Numbered from the stretch's first letter, positions 1 to 8,979 are shown. The stretch: 64,000 nucleotides of DNA from Candidatus Woesearchaeota archaeon (GCA_016187465.1 JACPJQ010000004.1:176806-240805); one strand, 5' to 3'. Program-made: numbers and translations. Notes: a model not told the origin generated them from the letters alone.

Positions 1-76
1 CGTTGAAAGGCACTTTATAAGCAATACTTTTTAACGGATTTCGCACTATATAAGACGCATATAGGAAAGCCTTCAG

Positions 77-120
77 AAAGCTTTAAATATATATTCTTAT
101 TCTAAATTAACAATTGTTAA
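77..120 (+). promoter_or_regulatory. BRE/TATA promoter followed by a perfect 14-bp palindrome (TTAACAATTGTTAA, 107-120); candidate operator
   Basis: GAAAG-CTTTAAATATA at ~77-91; the palindrome lies at the expected TSS upstream of the small ORF and FTR1. Confidence 0.5.
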
Positions 121-136
121 GTTTAGGTGATTTTAA

Positions 137-286
137 ATGGATAGAAGTGATGTGGGGCTTATTGGAGGCGGAGGATTAGCCGCTATTGTAGCCACAACAG
201 TACTGGGGCTTGGCCCTATTGGAGCGGCTGCTGTCACTTTAGGCGGGGCGTATTTAGGTCATGAAGTGGCTTCTTCATACAAATAA
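137..286 (+). CDS. 49-aa glycine-zipper membrane peptide (not in ORF track)
   Basis: AGGTGA RBS; MDRSDVGLIGGGGLAAIVATTVLGLGPIGAAAVTLGGAYLGHEVASSYK. Confidence 0.7.
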   Translation: MDRSDVGLIGGGGLAAIVATTVLGLGPIGAAAVTLGGAYLGHEVASSYK

Positions 287-298
287 AAGAGTGATTAA

Positions 299-1120
299 AT
301 GCTGGAATCATTTTTGGTTACATCAAGGGAAACATTGGAAGCAAGCCTTGTTGTTGGCATAGTTCTCGCTTACCTGAACAGGACAAACAACCAGAATTAC
401 AAGAAAACAGTTTATTATGCAATCTTGTTTGGAATTCTTTCAAGTGTTCTTGCAGCTTTTACGTTTACTATTTTTGCAGGCGAGTTTGAAGGGAAGGGTG
501 AGCAGATATTCGAAGGAACAACAATGCTCATTGGCGCTTTCCTGCTTACCACAATGATTCTTTGGATGATGCAGCAAAGGCATATAGCGAAAGACATTGA
601 GGGAAAGGTTGAAAGGCATTTGATGAACACCCAGCCGTTATTCTCCCATATCGGAATCTTTTTGCTTATTTTTGTGGCAATCATAAGGGAAGGTATAGAG
701 ACTATAATATTTCTGAATGCGATAAACTATGCAAGCGGAATAAATTTCATTGGCGGCACTTTGGGGATTGTTGCTGCAGTTATTGCAGGCTACCTGTTCT
801 TTGTCAGCACCAAAAAAATAAATCTGAAAAAATTGTTTGGAATAAGCAGCGTTTTGCTCATACTGTTTGCAGCGGGATTGGTGGCGCATGGGGTTCACGA
901 GTTTGAGGAGGCTGGATTAGTCAGTGGAATTATCTCGCCATTATTTGACATCAATCATATCTTAAGTGAAAAAGGAATAATCGGAAGTTTCCTGAAAGGA
1001 TTGTTCGGGTATAATGGAAATCCAAGCTTGCTGGAGGTTACTGCTTATGTTTCTTATTTGGGAGTTATATTCTATCTATACAAAAGGATTGAGAGTTCTA
1101 GGGTAAAGGCGAACGCCTAA
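299..1120 (+). CDS. FTR1/EfeU-family iron permease
   Basis: Two RExxE motifs (RETLE, REGIE), multiple TM segments, AHGVHEFEEAG, C-terminal LFGY. Confidence 0.92.
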   Translation: MLESFLVTSRETLEASLVVGIVLAYLNRTNNQNYKKTVYYAILFGILSSVLAAFTFTIFAGEFEGKGEQIFEGTTMLIGAFLLTTMILWMMQQRHIAKDIEGKVERHLMNTQPLFSHIGIFLLIFVAIIREGIETIIFLNAINYASGINFIGGTLGIVAAVIAGYLFFVSTKKINLKKLFGISSVLLILFAAGLVAHGVHEFEEAGLVSGIISPLFDINHILSEKGIIGSFLKGLFGYNGNPSLLEVTAYVSYLGVIFYLYKRIESSRVKANA

Positions 1121-1128
1121 ATCTGGCA

Positions 1129-1305
1129 ATGGACACCCGCTTGCTGAAGATTCTGGAGAAGGAAGTTGAAAAGGAAAAAGCCAAGAAGAAAAAGAAGCAT
1201 GTCTTTAAGCTGAGAAAAGAAAAACCCATTATGTATTACTCCGGCTGGGGAAAGGGCAAGCCTGTTAGGCAAGAAAAGGAAGAAAGGCAAACCAAGCTTG
1301 ATTAG
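1129..1305 (+). CDS. 58-aa Lys/Glu-rich hypothetical protein (not in ORF track)
   Basis: ATG 8 nt after FTR1 stop; purine-rich coding style; ends QTKLD. Confidence 0.5.
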   Translation: MDTRLLKILEKEVEKEKAKKKKKHVFKLRKEKPIMYYSGWGKGKPVRQEKEERQTKLD

Positions 1306-1408
1306 CGTCTTAAAGAGGAAATTTTTTATAGAGTTTAGAATGTTTAATGGCAGCTCGATTAAGGAATACCATTGAGCCAAAAAATTATTGAGGAGAACTT
1401 TGGATAAA

Positions 1409-1792
1409 TTAAACATGTTTTGCAGATACAGCTAATGGAACAACTGATTTATAGCCCTCTTCATGAGCCTTAGCTTTACTTTTAATGCCTAACTCTTCCT
1501 CAACAGCAGACTCAACAACAGCCCAGTAATAATCCATGAATTTCTTAACCATCGGGTTTTTGATGTTCAATTTGTACATTTGCGCCTTGCCAACTTTCCT
1601 TGTAAGATTTATCCATTTATTCTTTACAAGTTCTTTTTTTAACTGTTTAATGCAAGGGTAGCTTACATTAGAGTGTTTAGCAATCTCTTTAAGCGAGTAG
1701 TCAAAGTCCTGTGCAACTATCAGGAAATCAAGAACTTTGTTTTTTGGATTATGCCCTTCCCTTTCCAAAAATACCGATCTTTCTTGTGACAT
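1409..1792 (-). CDS. winged-helix DNA-binding protein
   Basis: KVLDFL...YSLKEIAKHSNVS...TRKVGKAQMYKLN wHTH pattern; start may instead be 1813. Confidence 0.75.
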   Translation of the reverse strand: MSQERSVFLEREGHNPKNKVLDFLIVAQDFDYSLKEIAKHSNVSYPCIKQLKKELVKNKWINLTRKVGKAQMYKLNIKNPMVKKFMDYYWAVVESAVEEELGIKSKAKAHEEGYKSVVPLAVSAKHV

Positions 1793-1891
1793 AGTGTGTG
1801 TGTGGGTGTACAAGTATGTAAAGCTTTCTATTTATCCCCTGAGGGATATATTATTATACCTAAAAAGGGGAAGTATTTAAGCAAGCCTGTA

Positions 1892-2200
1892 ATGGAGCAG
1901 ATTATAAAAGTCAATAAAAGCGACTACATCAAGTACAGCAGATTCGTAGTGAGAAAACTTCACAGGTCAACATGCTACGGCAAAGGCTCAATGTACGAAG
2001 AAAATGTTGCAGCAGGATTGCCTGATACGGGAATAGCTAAGAAAGTGCTGGCTGCACTGATAAAACAAAAAATAGTTTGCAAAAAGAAAAAAGAGCATGG
2101 TTGGAAATATTACCTAAATATGGAAAGGCTTGATAAGATAAAAGAAATAATCAAAGAAACTGGAAAAAATTCAATAATCCCCCTATCGCTGTTTCTATAA
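1892..2200 (+). CDS. basic, probably winged-helix, hypothetical protein
   Basis: KKVLAALIKQKIV...GWKYYLN wing-like pattern; TATA-like TATTTAAG upstream of ATG 1892. Confidence 0.55.
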   Translation: MEQIIKVNKSDYIKYSRFVVRKLHRSTCYGKGSMYEENVAAGLPDTGIAKKVLAALIKQKIVCKKKKEHGWKYYLNMERLDKIKEIIKETGKNSIIPLSLFL

Positions 2201-2247
2201 GAGTAGGCAACACAAACTATAAAAACCTTCAAAAATCTTGTTTCTTA

Positions 2248-2532
2248 ATGAAGAACTTACTATGGTATTTAACAGCAGGCACAAGAGGAGGAGAAACAAG
2301 AGGCAAAATTATAAGCCTATTAAAGAAAACTCCGTCAAATGCAAATAAAATTGCTGAAATGCTGAATCTTGACTACAAAACTGTGAGGCATCATTTGGAA
2401 GTTCTGGAGAAAAATAATATAATCACTGCAGTAAACAAGGGAAATTACGGGGCTGTGTACTTCTTGTCAGAGTTTATGCAGGCAAACATCAAGCTTTTTG
2501 GCGAGATTTGGGCCAAATTTGGGAAAAAGTAG
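2248..2532 (+). CDS. ArsR-family wHTH transcriptional regulator (archaeal type)
   Basis: LLWYLTAGTRGGETR...NANKIA...LDYKTVRHHLEVLE. Confidence 0.9.
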   Translation: MKNLLWYLTAGTRGGETRGKIISLLKKTPSNANKIAEMLNLDYKTVRHHLEVLEKNNIITAVNKGNYGAVYFLSEFMQANIKLFGEIWAKFGKK

Positions 2533-2559
2533 ATAAATAAGGAAATATTTCACTTTCTT

Positions 2560-2847
2560 ATGGATTCATTAATGATGAAGTTCATAACTGTATTGACTTC
2601 AGTGTCTGTGATAATATTGCTGCTGCTGATTTATGTGTATTACAAAAACCTGAAAAAAATAAAATCAAGCTTCACTATCGGCTTGCTGATTTTTGCTGTT
2701 CTGTTTCTGATGCAAAATGTTGTATCTTTGATTTATTACACAACAATGATGGATTATTATGTCCCGGCAGTTGAGAATCATGTGTTTATAATTACTTTAT
2801 TGCAAACAATAGGGTTTGCTATTTTGCTGAAAATAACATGGGAGTGA
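2560..2847 (+). CDS. small three-TM membrane protein in ArsR operon
   Basis: Three hydrophobic segments; co-oriented with the ArsR gene. Confidence 0.75.
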   Translation: MDSLMMKFITVLTSVSVIILLLLIYVYYKNLKKIKSSFTIGLLIFAVLFLMQNVVSLIYYTTMMDYYVPAVENHVFIITLLQTIGFAILLKITWE

Positions 2848-2854
2848 TGAAAAA

Positions 2855-3724
2855 ATGGAAAAAATAAATTATTTGCTTGTAGTTTTGGCAATTTTTAGTG
2901 TGATTATTTTGGGATGTAACCAAGCACAAGTCGCCAGTTCTGGCAATAAAGAAAACATGCAAAAAGAAATGTCCATGTCTGAAAAATGCAAGTCTCTTGA
3001 AGAAAGAGAAAAATCAGGAACTACTCAATGGACTGCTGAAGAAAAAGAATTGATGGAAAAATGTGAATCAATGGAAAAGCAAATCATGGAAGAAGAATCC
3101 ATGATGGCAGAAGAAGGGTTTGAGATGATGAACGGAAAGATGATGGTGGTGAACGAGAAGACTAAAATAAGCACTGTAATGGAAAAGGATGCCACGCTTA
3201 ATGACGGGACGAAGGTCATGACTGACGGGAAAGTAATGAGGAAGGACGGCACTTCTTTCATGCTCAAAGAGAATGAATCAATCTGGATGGATGGCTCTTT
3301 TATGAAAGCAGGCGAAATGATGATGGATGAAATGAAGGGAGATTCAATGATGCAGGGCTATAAAGGCAAAGTTTTGGCAGGCACAACAGCAAAATACCTA
3401 GATTTTAATAAAGCGGATTACGACAAAGCCTTGAAAGAAAAAAAGAAAATATTATTATACTTTTATGCAAGCTGGTGCCCTGTATGCAAAGCAGAGCAGC
3501 CTCAAACATTTGCAGCTTTCAATGAATTAAATGACCCAGACTTAATAGGTTTTAGGATTAATTACAAGGACTCTGACACAGATGCTGATGAGGAAGCGCT
3601 GGCAAAACAATTTGGGATTGCATACCAGCACACAAAAGTGATTTTAAAAGATGGCCAAAGATTTGGCAAATGGCCTGACTCATGGGACAAGCAGAGATAT
3701 CTTGATGAGATAGCAAAGGTGTAA
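2855..3724 (+). CDS. lipoprotein with Met-rich region and C-terminal thioredoxin fold
   Basis: Lipobox-like ILGC, about 24 Met in ~135 aa, FYASWCPVC. Confidence 0.85.
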   Translation: MEKINYLLVVLAIFSVIILGCNQAQVASSGNKENMQKEMSMSEKCKSLEEREKSGTTQWTAEEKELMEKCESMEKQIMEEESMMAEEGFEMMNGKMMVVNEKTKISTVMEKDATLNDGTKVMTDGKVMRKDGTSFMLKENESIWMDGSFMKAGEMMMDEMKGDSMMQGYKGKVLAGTTAKYLDFNKADYDKALKEKKKILLYFYASWCPVCKAEQPQTFAAFNELNDPDLIGFRINYKDSDTDADEEALAKQFGIAYQHTKVILKDGQRFGKWPDSWDKQRYLDEIAKV

Positions 3725-3726
3725 AA

Positions 3727-4476
3727 ATGGGCAAAGGCCAGTGGGAAATATTTGTTAACAGCATTTTTTTTGTTCTAGGCTTTAGCATAATATTCTCATT
3801 GGTAGGAGTTTTGCTTCAGAGCGTTTTGTCAAACTATGCGTATACTGTGCAAAATTATCTTTCATATGTGGGCGGCGCTGTAATAATCTTGTTTGGATTT
3901 TATTTGATAGGCTTGATAAAGATTGGGTTTCTGGAAAGAGAGCACAAGTTTAATGTCAAGAAAAGATTTAAGTACTCTTATGCAACATCCTTTGTTTTTG
4001 GAGCTGCCTTTGCTATCGGCTGGACACCTTGTGTAGGGGCTGTTCTTGGAAGCATTCTGACGATTGCTATAACAAACCCCGGAAGCGCATTTTACTTTTT
4101 GTTTGCTTACTCTATCGGCCTAGGATTGCCTTTTTTGATTGTTGGATTGTTCACATCGCAAGCATCTGGATTAATTGAAAGAATAGTGCCCAAGCTCAAG
4201 TACTTAAACTATATTTTTGGCATCATACTTATAATTTTAGGAATTTTTGTTTTTACACAGCAGCTGAGCAGAATTGCAAATGTTCCTTTCCTTACAAATT
4301 TGCTTGTATCAGTCAATTCAGGCGCCGGCTTTGGCAGCAAGATTGGCATAGGAATTGCTTTCCTGGCTGGATTATTTTCATTTTTAAGCCCGTGTGTGCT
4401 TCCCATAATACCCGGATTTTTGTCATATCTGGCAACGACAGCAGTAACGACAGCTGAAGGCAAAAGCGAAGGGTAA
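3727..4476 (+). CDS. ccdA: CcdA/DsbD-beta electron transporter, circularly permuted
   Basis: WTPC motif mid-protein; the normally N-terminal AFLAGLFSFLSPCVLPIIPGFLSYL helix is at the C-terminus. Confidence 0.85.
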   Translation: MGKGQWEIFVNSIFFVLGFSIIFSLVGVLLQSVLSNYAYTVQNYLSYVGGAVIILFGFYLIGLIKIGFLEREHKFNVKKRFKYSYATSFVFGAAFAIGWTPCVGAVLGSILTIAITNPGSAFYFLFAYSIGLGLPFLIVGLFTSQASGLIERIVPKLKYLNYIFGIILIILGIFVFTQQLSRIANVPFLTNLLVSVNSGAGFGSKIGIGIAFLAGLFSFLSPCVLPIIPGFLSYLATTAVTTAEGKSEG

Positions 4477-4480
4477 ATCT

Positions 4481-5596
4481 ATGAGCAAAACAAAATTTTT
4501 TGCCAAGCCTTTCATAACACTTGTTGTGTTAGTGTTTGTGGTCGCAGCTATTATTTATCTACAGTCGCAGAAAGTCATAATCAGCTCTTCTGCAAATCCA
4601 CAGTTACAGACAGAAAAGGAAAAAGGCTCAAAATATCCAAAAGCTCCTGATTTTGTTGGAATTGAAAGATGGATTAATTCCGAGCCTTTAAAGATAGAGC
4701 AGTTAAGGGGCAAAGTTGTCTTGGTGGATTTCTGGACTTATACGTGCATTAACTGCATAAGGACATTGCCTTATTTGAAGGATTGGGACAAGAAGTATCA
4801 CGATAAAGGGCTGGTTATTGTTGGAGTGCACACACCTGAATTCGAGTTTGAGAAAAAATATGAAAATGTTCTCAAGGCAGTCAATGATTACCAGCTGAAA
4901 TATGCTGTTGCGCAGGACAATAACTATGCGACATGGAGTTCCTATCAAAACAGGTACTGGCCTCATAAATTTTTAATTGACATTGACGGCTATATCAGAT
5001 ACGACCATATTGGAGAAGGCTCTTACGATGAGACCGAGAAGATGATACAGCTTTTGCTGAATGAAAGGATGGAAAGGCTGGGAAAAAAGGATAAGATAGA
5101 AACTGGCACGTCAAACATTTTAAGCCCTGATGTAGACTTTTCAAAAATAGGCACGCCGGAAATCTATTTTGGCTACCAGTTTGACAGGGGCAACCTTGGC
5201 TATGACAACTTAAAGCCTGATTCCACTACTGATTTTAAGCTTTCTCCAAAGCCGTCCAAGAATTTAGTTTATTTAGAAGGAAAATGGAAATATAATGCTG
5301 ATAACATGGAGCTGATTAGCGACGAAGGTACTGTCATGCTGGCATTTGAAGCCAAGAAAATAAACATGGTGGCTGGCTCTGGTGGCAAATCCGATGCTTA
5401 TGTATTTCTTGACAATTCCCCTTTAAATGAAAAGACAAAGGGAAGCGACATGCTCGTTAAGGATGGAAAAAGCATAATCAACATCAGCGAGTATAAACTG
5501 TACAACATAGCCTCCGCCGAAGACTACGGCACGCACATAATTGAATTGCAAGTTGGTGGAAAAGGATTTAAAATTTACACGTTTACGTTTGGGTGA
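4481..5596 (+). CDS. membrane-anchored DipZ-like thioredoxin (TlpA fold plus C-terminal beta domain)
   Basis: VDFWTYTCINC, VHTPEFEFEK, NRYWP, TPEIYFG, terminal YTFTFG. Confidence 0.88.
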   Translation: MSKTKFFAKPFITLVVLVFVVAAIIYLQSQKVIISSSANPQLQTEKEKGSKYPKAPDFVGIERWINSEPLKIEQLRGKVVLVDFWTYTCINCIRTLPYLKDWDKKYHDKGLVIVGVHTPEFEFEKKYENVLKAVNDYQLKYAVAQDNNYATWSSYQNRYWPHKFLIDIDGYIRYDHIGEGSYDETEKMIQLLLNERMERLGKKDKIETGTSNILSPDVDFSKIGTPEIYFGYQFDRGNLGYDNLKPDSTTDFKLSPKPSKNLVYLEGKWKYNADNMELISDEGTVMLAFEAKKINMVAGSGGKSDAYVFLDNSPLNEKTKGSDMLVKDGKSIINISEYKLYNIASAEDYGTHIIELQVGGKGFKIYTFTFG

Positions 5597-5649
5597 TTTA
5601 GTTAAAATTTTTAATTTTAGAATTTGTTAGAATGCAAATTTGAGTATTC

Positions 5650-6123
5650 CTATTTATCCAATCTGTAAATCACCATAGGGGCTTTTTTTTGACCTTCAGC
5701 AGTTTCTAGAATTTGTATTTTCTTTTCATCATAACCGTCTCCAATTGCAAAAGATGTAAAAAGTGCAGCAAAAATATGGTAAGGAACTATTATTCCAAGA
5801 GCAATTGAATCTGGAGTGGATACAGCATCCATCATTTTAGCCATCCCATATTCAATACCAAATAATGGAATACCAACAACTGCTCCGCTTGCAGCAGCTT
5901 TGTAAGCTCTAATCAATGTATCGATTCCCCTCTCTTTTGTTTTTTCCCAGTCTTCACCCAGAACGTTAGTAATTCCTTTTTGTCTTGCATTTTTGACAAA
6001 AGGGGTCATTGGTTCATATCCCCTCTCAATTGTTTTATCTACATCCACATTCCATGCACTTTTAATTCCTCTTTCTCTTAAATTTTTAAGGAAAGAGCCA
6101 AGATTGTACTCTAAGTTTTGCAT
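5650..6123 (-). CDS. hypothetical membrane protein with internal duplication
   Basis: RERGIKSAWNVDVDKTIERG / RQKGITNVLGEDWEKTKERG repeat followed by two hydrophobic helices. Confidence 0.6.
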   Translation of the reverse strand: MQNLEYNLGSFLKNLRERGIKSAWNVDVDKTIERGYEPMTPFVKNARQKGITNVLGEDWEKTKERGIDTLIRAYKAAASGAVVGIPLFGIEYGMAKMMDAVSTPDSIALGIIVPYHIFAALFTSFAIGDGYDEKKIQILETAEGQKKAPMVIYRLDK

Positions 6124-6184
6124 AATTCAACAAAAAACAATTGCATTTATATACTTTTTCATAAAAAATCCAAATATTTACTAC

Positions 6185-7015
6185 TTACAGCTTACTATAA
6201 ACTTTCTTCATCAAAAGTGCATCCTCCTCTATATTCGGGCTTTCTGAGATTGCAACTCCTTTCACTTTAAAATCCTTCAATGCTTTTAGCAATTCTTGAT
6301 ATTTCAAATCTGACTCTTCTAAATTCAAATGGTTTTTCTCGCCTTTAGGCCCGTAGGCAATTCCAGTTATGTGCATGTGCATGTTCTCAAGACCTTTTTT
6401 GCCGAGTTTTTTCTCAATCGCTTCCAGAATGCCTGCAAATTCTTTATATGTATTGTATTTTCCGTTTGTCCTTGCATGGAAATGCGCAAAATCAACACAC
6501 GGCATTACATTGCCAAGCTCCTGGCTTAGCTGCAGTATTTCGTCAACATTCCCAAACTGGGTTTCCTTGCCGGTTGTCTCAGGCCTTACCCATATTTCAT
6601 TGCTCTCTTCTTTCAATGTTGAAACAATCTCTTTCATATTGTGCTTTACTGCGTCATAAACTTTTTTTGCGTCCATCCCCATGTAAAATCCTGAGTGAAA
6701 GCAAACAGAATACCCGCCGCATAAATTTGCAATGCGGGCAGAATTCAGTATTCTGTCAATGCTTGCCTTTATTTTTGCCTTCTCAAGAGAATTCAGGTTG
6801 ATGAAGTAAGGCGCGTGGCACGTCAAAACAACATTGTTTTCTTCAGCTATCCTCTTTATCTCAGGCGCCTTGTCTTTGGTTATATTTACGCTCCTTACAA
6901 ACTCAAGCTCCATTGCCCCCAGTCCAAGCTTTCTGACGTGCCTGATTCCATCGCCGGTTGTCCTTGGATTAGAGCTTAAAGGAATTCCCGCTGTCCCGAA
7001 TAAAAGCTCTTTCAT
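6185..7015 (-). CDS. endonuclease IV-like (AP endonuclease 2) TIM-barrel protein
   Basis: HAPYFINL, CFHSG, RPETTGK, DFAH, ISESP metal-ligand motifs. Confidence 0.88.
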   Translation of the reverse strand: MKELLFGTAGIPLSSNPRTTGDGIRHVRKLGLGAMELEFVRSVNITKDKAPEIKRIAEENNVVLTCHAPYFINLNSLEKAKIKASIDRILNSARIANLCGGYSVCFHSGFYMGMDAKKVYDAVKHNMKEIVSTLKEESNEIWVRPETTGKETQFGNVDEILQLSQELGNVMPCVDFAHFHARTNGKYNTYKEFAGILEAIEKKLGKKGLENMHMHITGIAYGPKGEKNHLNLEESDLKYQELLKALKDFKVKGVAISESPNIEEDALLMKKVYSKL

Positions 7016-7021
7016 AAGAAT

Positions 7022-7306
7022 TCAAAATTCCACTTCTTCAGTTTCTTCAACAAAATACACGTCAGGCTTGTCAATGACTCCGGCTTTCATCATGACTTCC
7101 TTCAAATCTTCAAGCTGGGAAAACTTTTTTGCATTCTGAAGATTGTCCCATCTGAGCAGAATGAAAACCTCGTTTGGATTTTCGGCATTCCTGAAAACTT
7201 TTCCGCCTTTTGAGCCTGTTGCCTGCCTTACAACACCATGCTCGTCGAAATAAGGCTCCCATTTGTTGAAGTCTTTGACTTTATGCCTAACTAAAACATA
7301 AGTCAT
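7022..7306 (-). CDS. ABM/cyclase-like dimeric alpha-beta barrel protein
   Basis: HKVKDFNKW...F...NPNEV...AGV pattern. Confidence 0.75.
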   Translation of the reverse strand: MTYVLVRHKVKDFNKWEPYFDEHGVVRQATGSKGGKVFRNAENPNEVFILLRWDNLQNAKKFSQLEDLKEVMMKAGVIDKPDVYFVEETEEVEF

Positions 7307-7339
7307 TTTGCTTACCTTCTTACTTTCTATTTAATCTGC

Positions 7340-7522
7340 TTACTCGTCCTTAAGCATGCCTTTGATTTGCCCGCGCAATTCCGGGCCGTCTTTGTGCCCG
7401 TGGTCATGGACTGCATGCCAGACAGCCACTTTCATTACTTCATCTTCCGTTCCTGCAATAGTAAGCGAACAGTTCTTTTCGCTTGGAAATGCCCTGCAAT
7501 CTGCCACCTTTCTACCTGTCAT
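7340..7522 (-). CDS. DUF1059-family small metal-binding protein
   Basis: DCR...C...GTEDEV...HAVHDHGH; GGGGGTG RBS. Confidence 0.85.
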   Translation of the reverse strand: MTGRKVADCRAFPSEKNCSLTIAGTEDEVMKVAVWHAVHDHGHKDGPELRGQIKGMLKDE

Positions 7523-7607
7523 GTTTACACCCCCTTAAGATTTTGTTAGTAAGCTGGATTATTACGTTGTATTTAATATTTTCGATTAAAAACAGGCGAA
7601 ATTTGCA

Positions 7608-8243
7608 TCAACTTACATACCCCCGGATAAGCATTCTTCCCAAAGTGCTTAATTTAATCTCCATTCTTCCCTTGATATCTTCCGTTTCAACCAAGCCCAT
7701 TTTTTTAAGTCCTTCTGATTTCAGGTTTCCGTTTATGTGGTAAGAAATCAAAGGCAGGCTCATCTTTGTCTTTTTGCCTAATTCATCAAGAGACATGCAG
7801 CAATTTGGCTTGCTCAGGTTTTTGAGGATATCCATTTTTTTATCAGTCAACATCCTGTAATAAGAGAACTTCAAGACAGGAAGAAGCATAGCCATTCCCT
7901 TCTCTACGGAAAAGGCTTTAATTCCATTTACAAATGCAGCGCTTGTTGCCGCGCATGTTGTTGTCCTGTCCCCCGTCGCAGTGTTTATAATTATATTATT
8001 ACCGCCTTCAATTTTTGAAATCTCGCCTATTTTTCTGAACATATCCTCCCATACTTCGCCTTTCATTTCAATTATCTTTGTAGGTATGCCAAACTTCTCC
8101 AAATCTTTTATTGCGCTTTCTGCTGTCTTCATGTAATCGGCAGGAGCCAGCAAATAAATTTTTTCAGTTGGAAATTCTTTTAGGCCCACAAACAGGGCAT
8201 TTATGTTATCGCCAACCGGTGCAATGATTATATTCTTTGGCAT
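7608..8243 (-). CDS. CARF + wHTH transcriptional regulator (Csa3-like)
   Basis: Rossmann-like IIIAPVG...KIYLL...IIINTATGDR, LLP linker, C-terminal wHTH; GAGGTGG RBS. Confidence 0.75.
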   Translation of the reverse strand: MPKNIIIAPVGDNINALFVGLKEFPTEKIYLLAPADYMKTAESAIKDLEKFGIPTKIIEMKGEVWEDMFRKIGEISKIEGGNNIIINTATGDRTTTCAATSAAFVNGIKAFSVEKGMAMLLPVLKFSYYRMLTDKKMDILKNLSKPNCCMSLDELGKKTKMSLPLISYHINGNLKSEGLKKMGLVETEDIKGRMEIKLSTLGRMLIRGYVS

Positions 8244-8388
8244 GATTCCACCTCATCTAATCATAATCTCATGTTCTTATTTAAAGCTTTATGTTTAATC
8301 ATTAAAACTAATGTTTAATGATATAACATCAGTATTATATCTAATTCTAGATATATTGCCTTTAGAGATTTTCACTGGAGGTGGAAAA

Positions 8389-8979
8389 ATGAACTGGAAA
8401 ATACTGGCAGGAGTATTATTAGTTATAGGACTGATTGCTGGCTTTGCAGGAGGCAAGACGTCAACATCTGGAGAAATAAATAATTTAAATGGAAAGGTGG
8501 CGCAGCTTTCTGAGCAGGTTAAATCGGCAGAGAGCCTGAAAAACCAGCTGGCTGAAACAAAAGCGCAGCTTGAAAAGCTGAATGTGAATGACCTTTATGG
8601 GTTAATAAAAGTCGAGGACAATGCAAAGGCGTACAAGATAGGCGATATGAACAAAATGCCGCCGGTAATTGCAAACGATGTCATTGGAAGCACGCCTGTA
8701 ATTGTTTCATGGTGCCCGCTGTGCGGAACTCTCACTGCATATGACAGAAAAGTGGATGGGCAGACATTGACTTTCAAGGTTGAAGGAGCAAGAAAAATTC
8801 CCGGGACGGATATTGAAAACCTGCATTTAAGGGATGGGCAGACAAACAGCGTCTGGGCTCAAGGCCCCGGATTGGCAGTTGAAGGCTCTGAAAAAGGAAC
8901 TGAGCTTAAATCATACCCTGTGCAGCTGTTCAACAAGGATGTGATTGACAAGATGGGGGTTGAAGTCTGGAAACCCTGA
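8389..8979 (+). CDS. exported DUF3179-like redox protein with coiled coil
   Basis: Signal/TM helix, ANDVIG...SWCPLCGT, LRDGQTNSVWAQ; GGAGGT RBS before ATG 8389. Confidence 0.75.
   Translation: MNWKILAGVLLVIGLIAGFAGGKTSTSGEINNLNGKVAQLSEQVKSAESLKNQLAETKAQLEKLNVNDLYGLIKVEDNAKAYKIGDMNKMPPVIANDVIGSTPVIVSWCPLCGTLTAYDRKVDGQTLTFKVEGARKIPGTDIENLHLRDGQTNSVWAQGPGLAVEGSEKGTELKSYPVQLFNKDVIDKMGVEVWKP

Noticed and set aside
1117-1416. 99-aa minus-strand Leu/Phe-rich ORF
   Set aside because: Its composition is the reverse complement of a Lys/Glu-rich plus-strand ORF (1129-1305).
1794-1809. (GT)n microsatellite / N-terminal THTHT
   Set aside because: Only five units, probably upstream of the true start; no evidence of phase variation.
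7608-8243. CRISPR locus suggested by the Csa3-like regulator
   Set aside because: No repeat-spacer array or cas genes are visible anywhere in the window.
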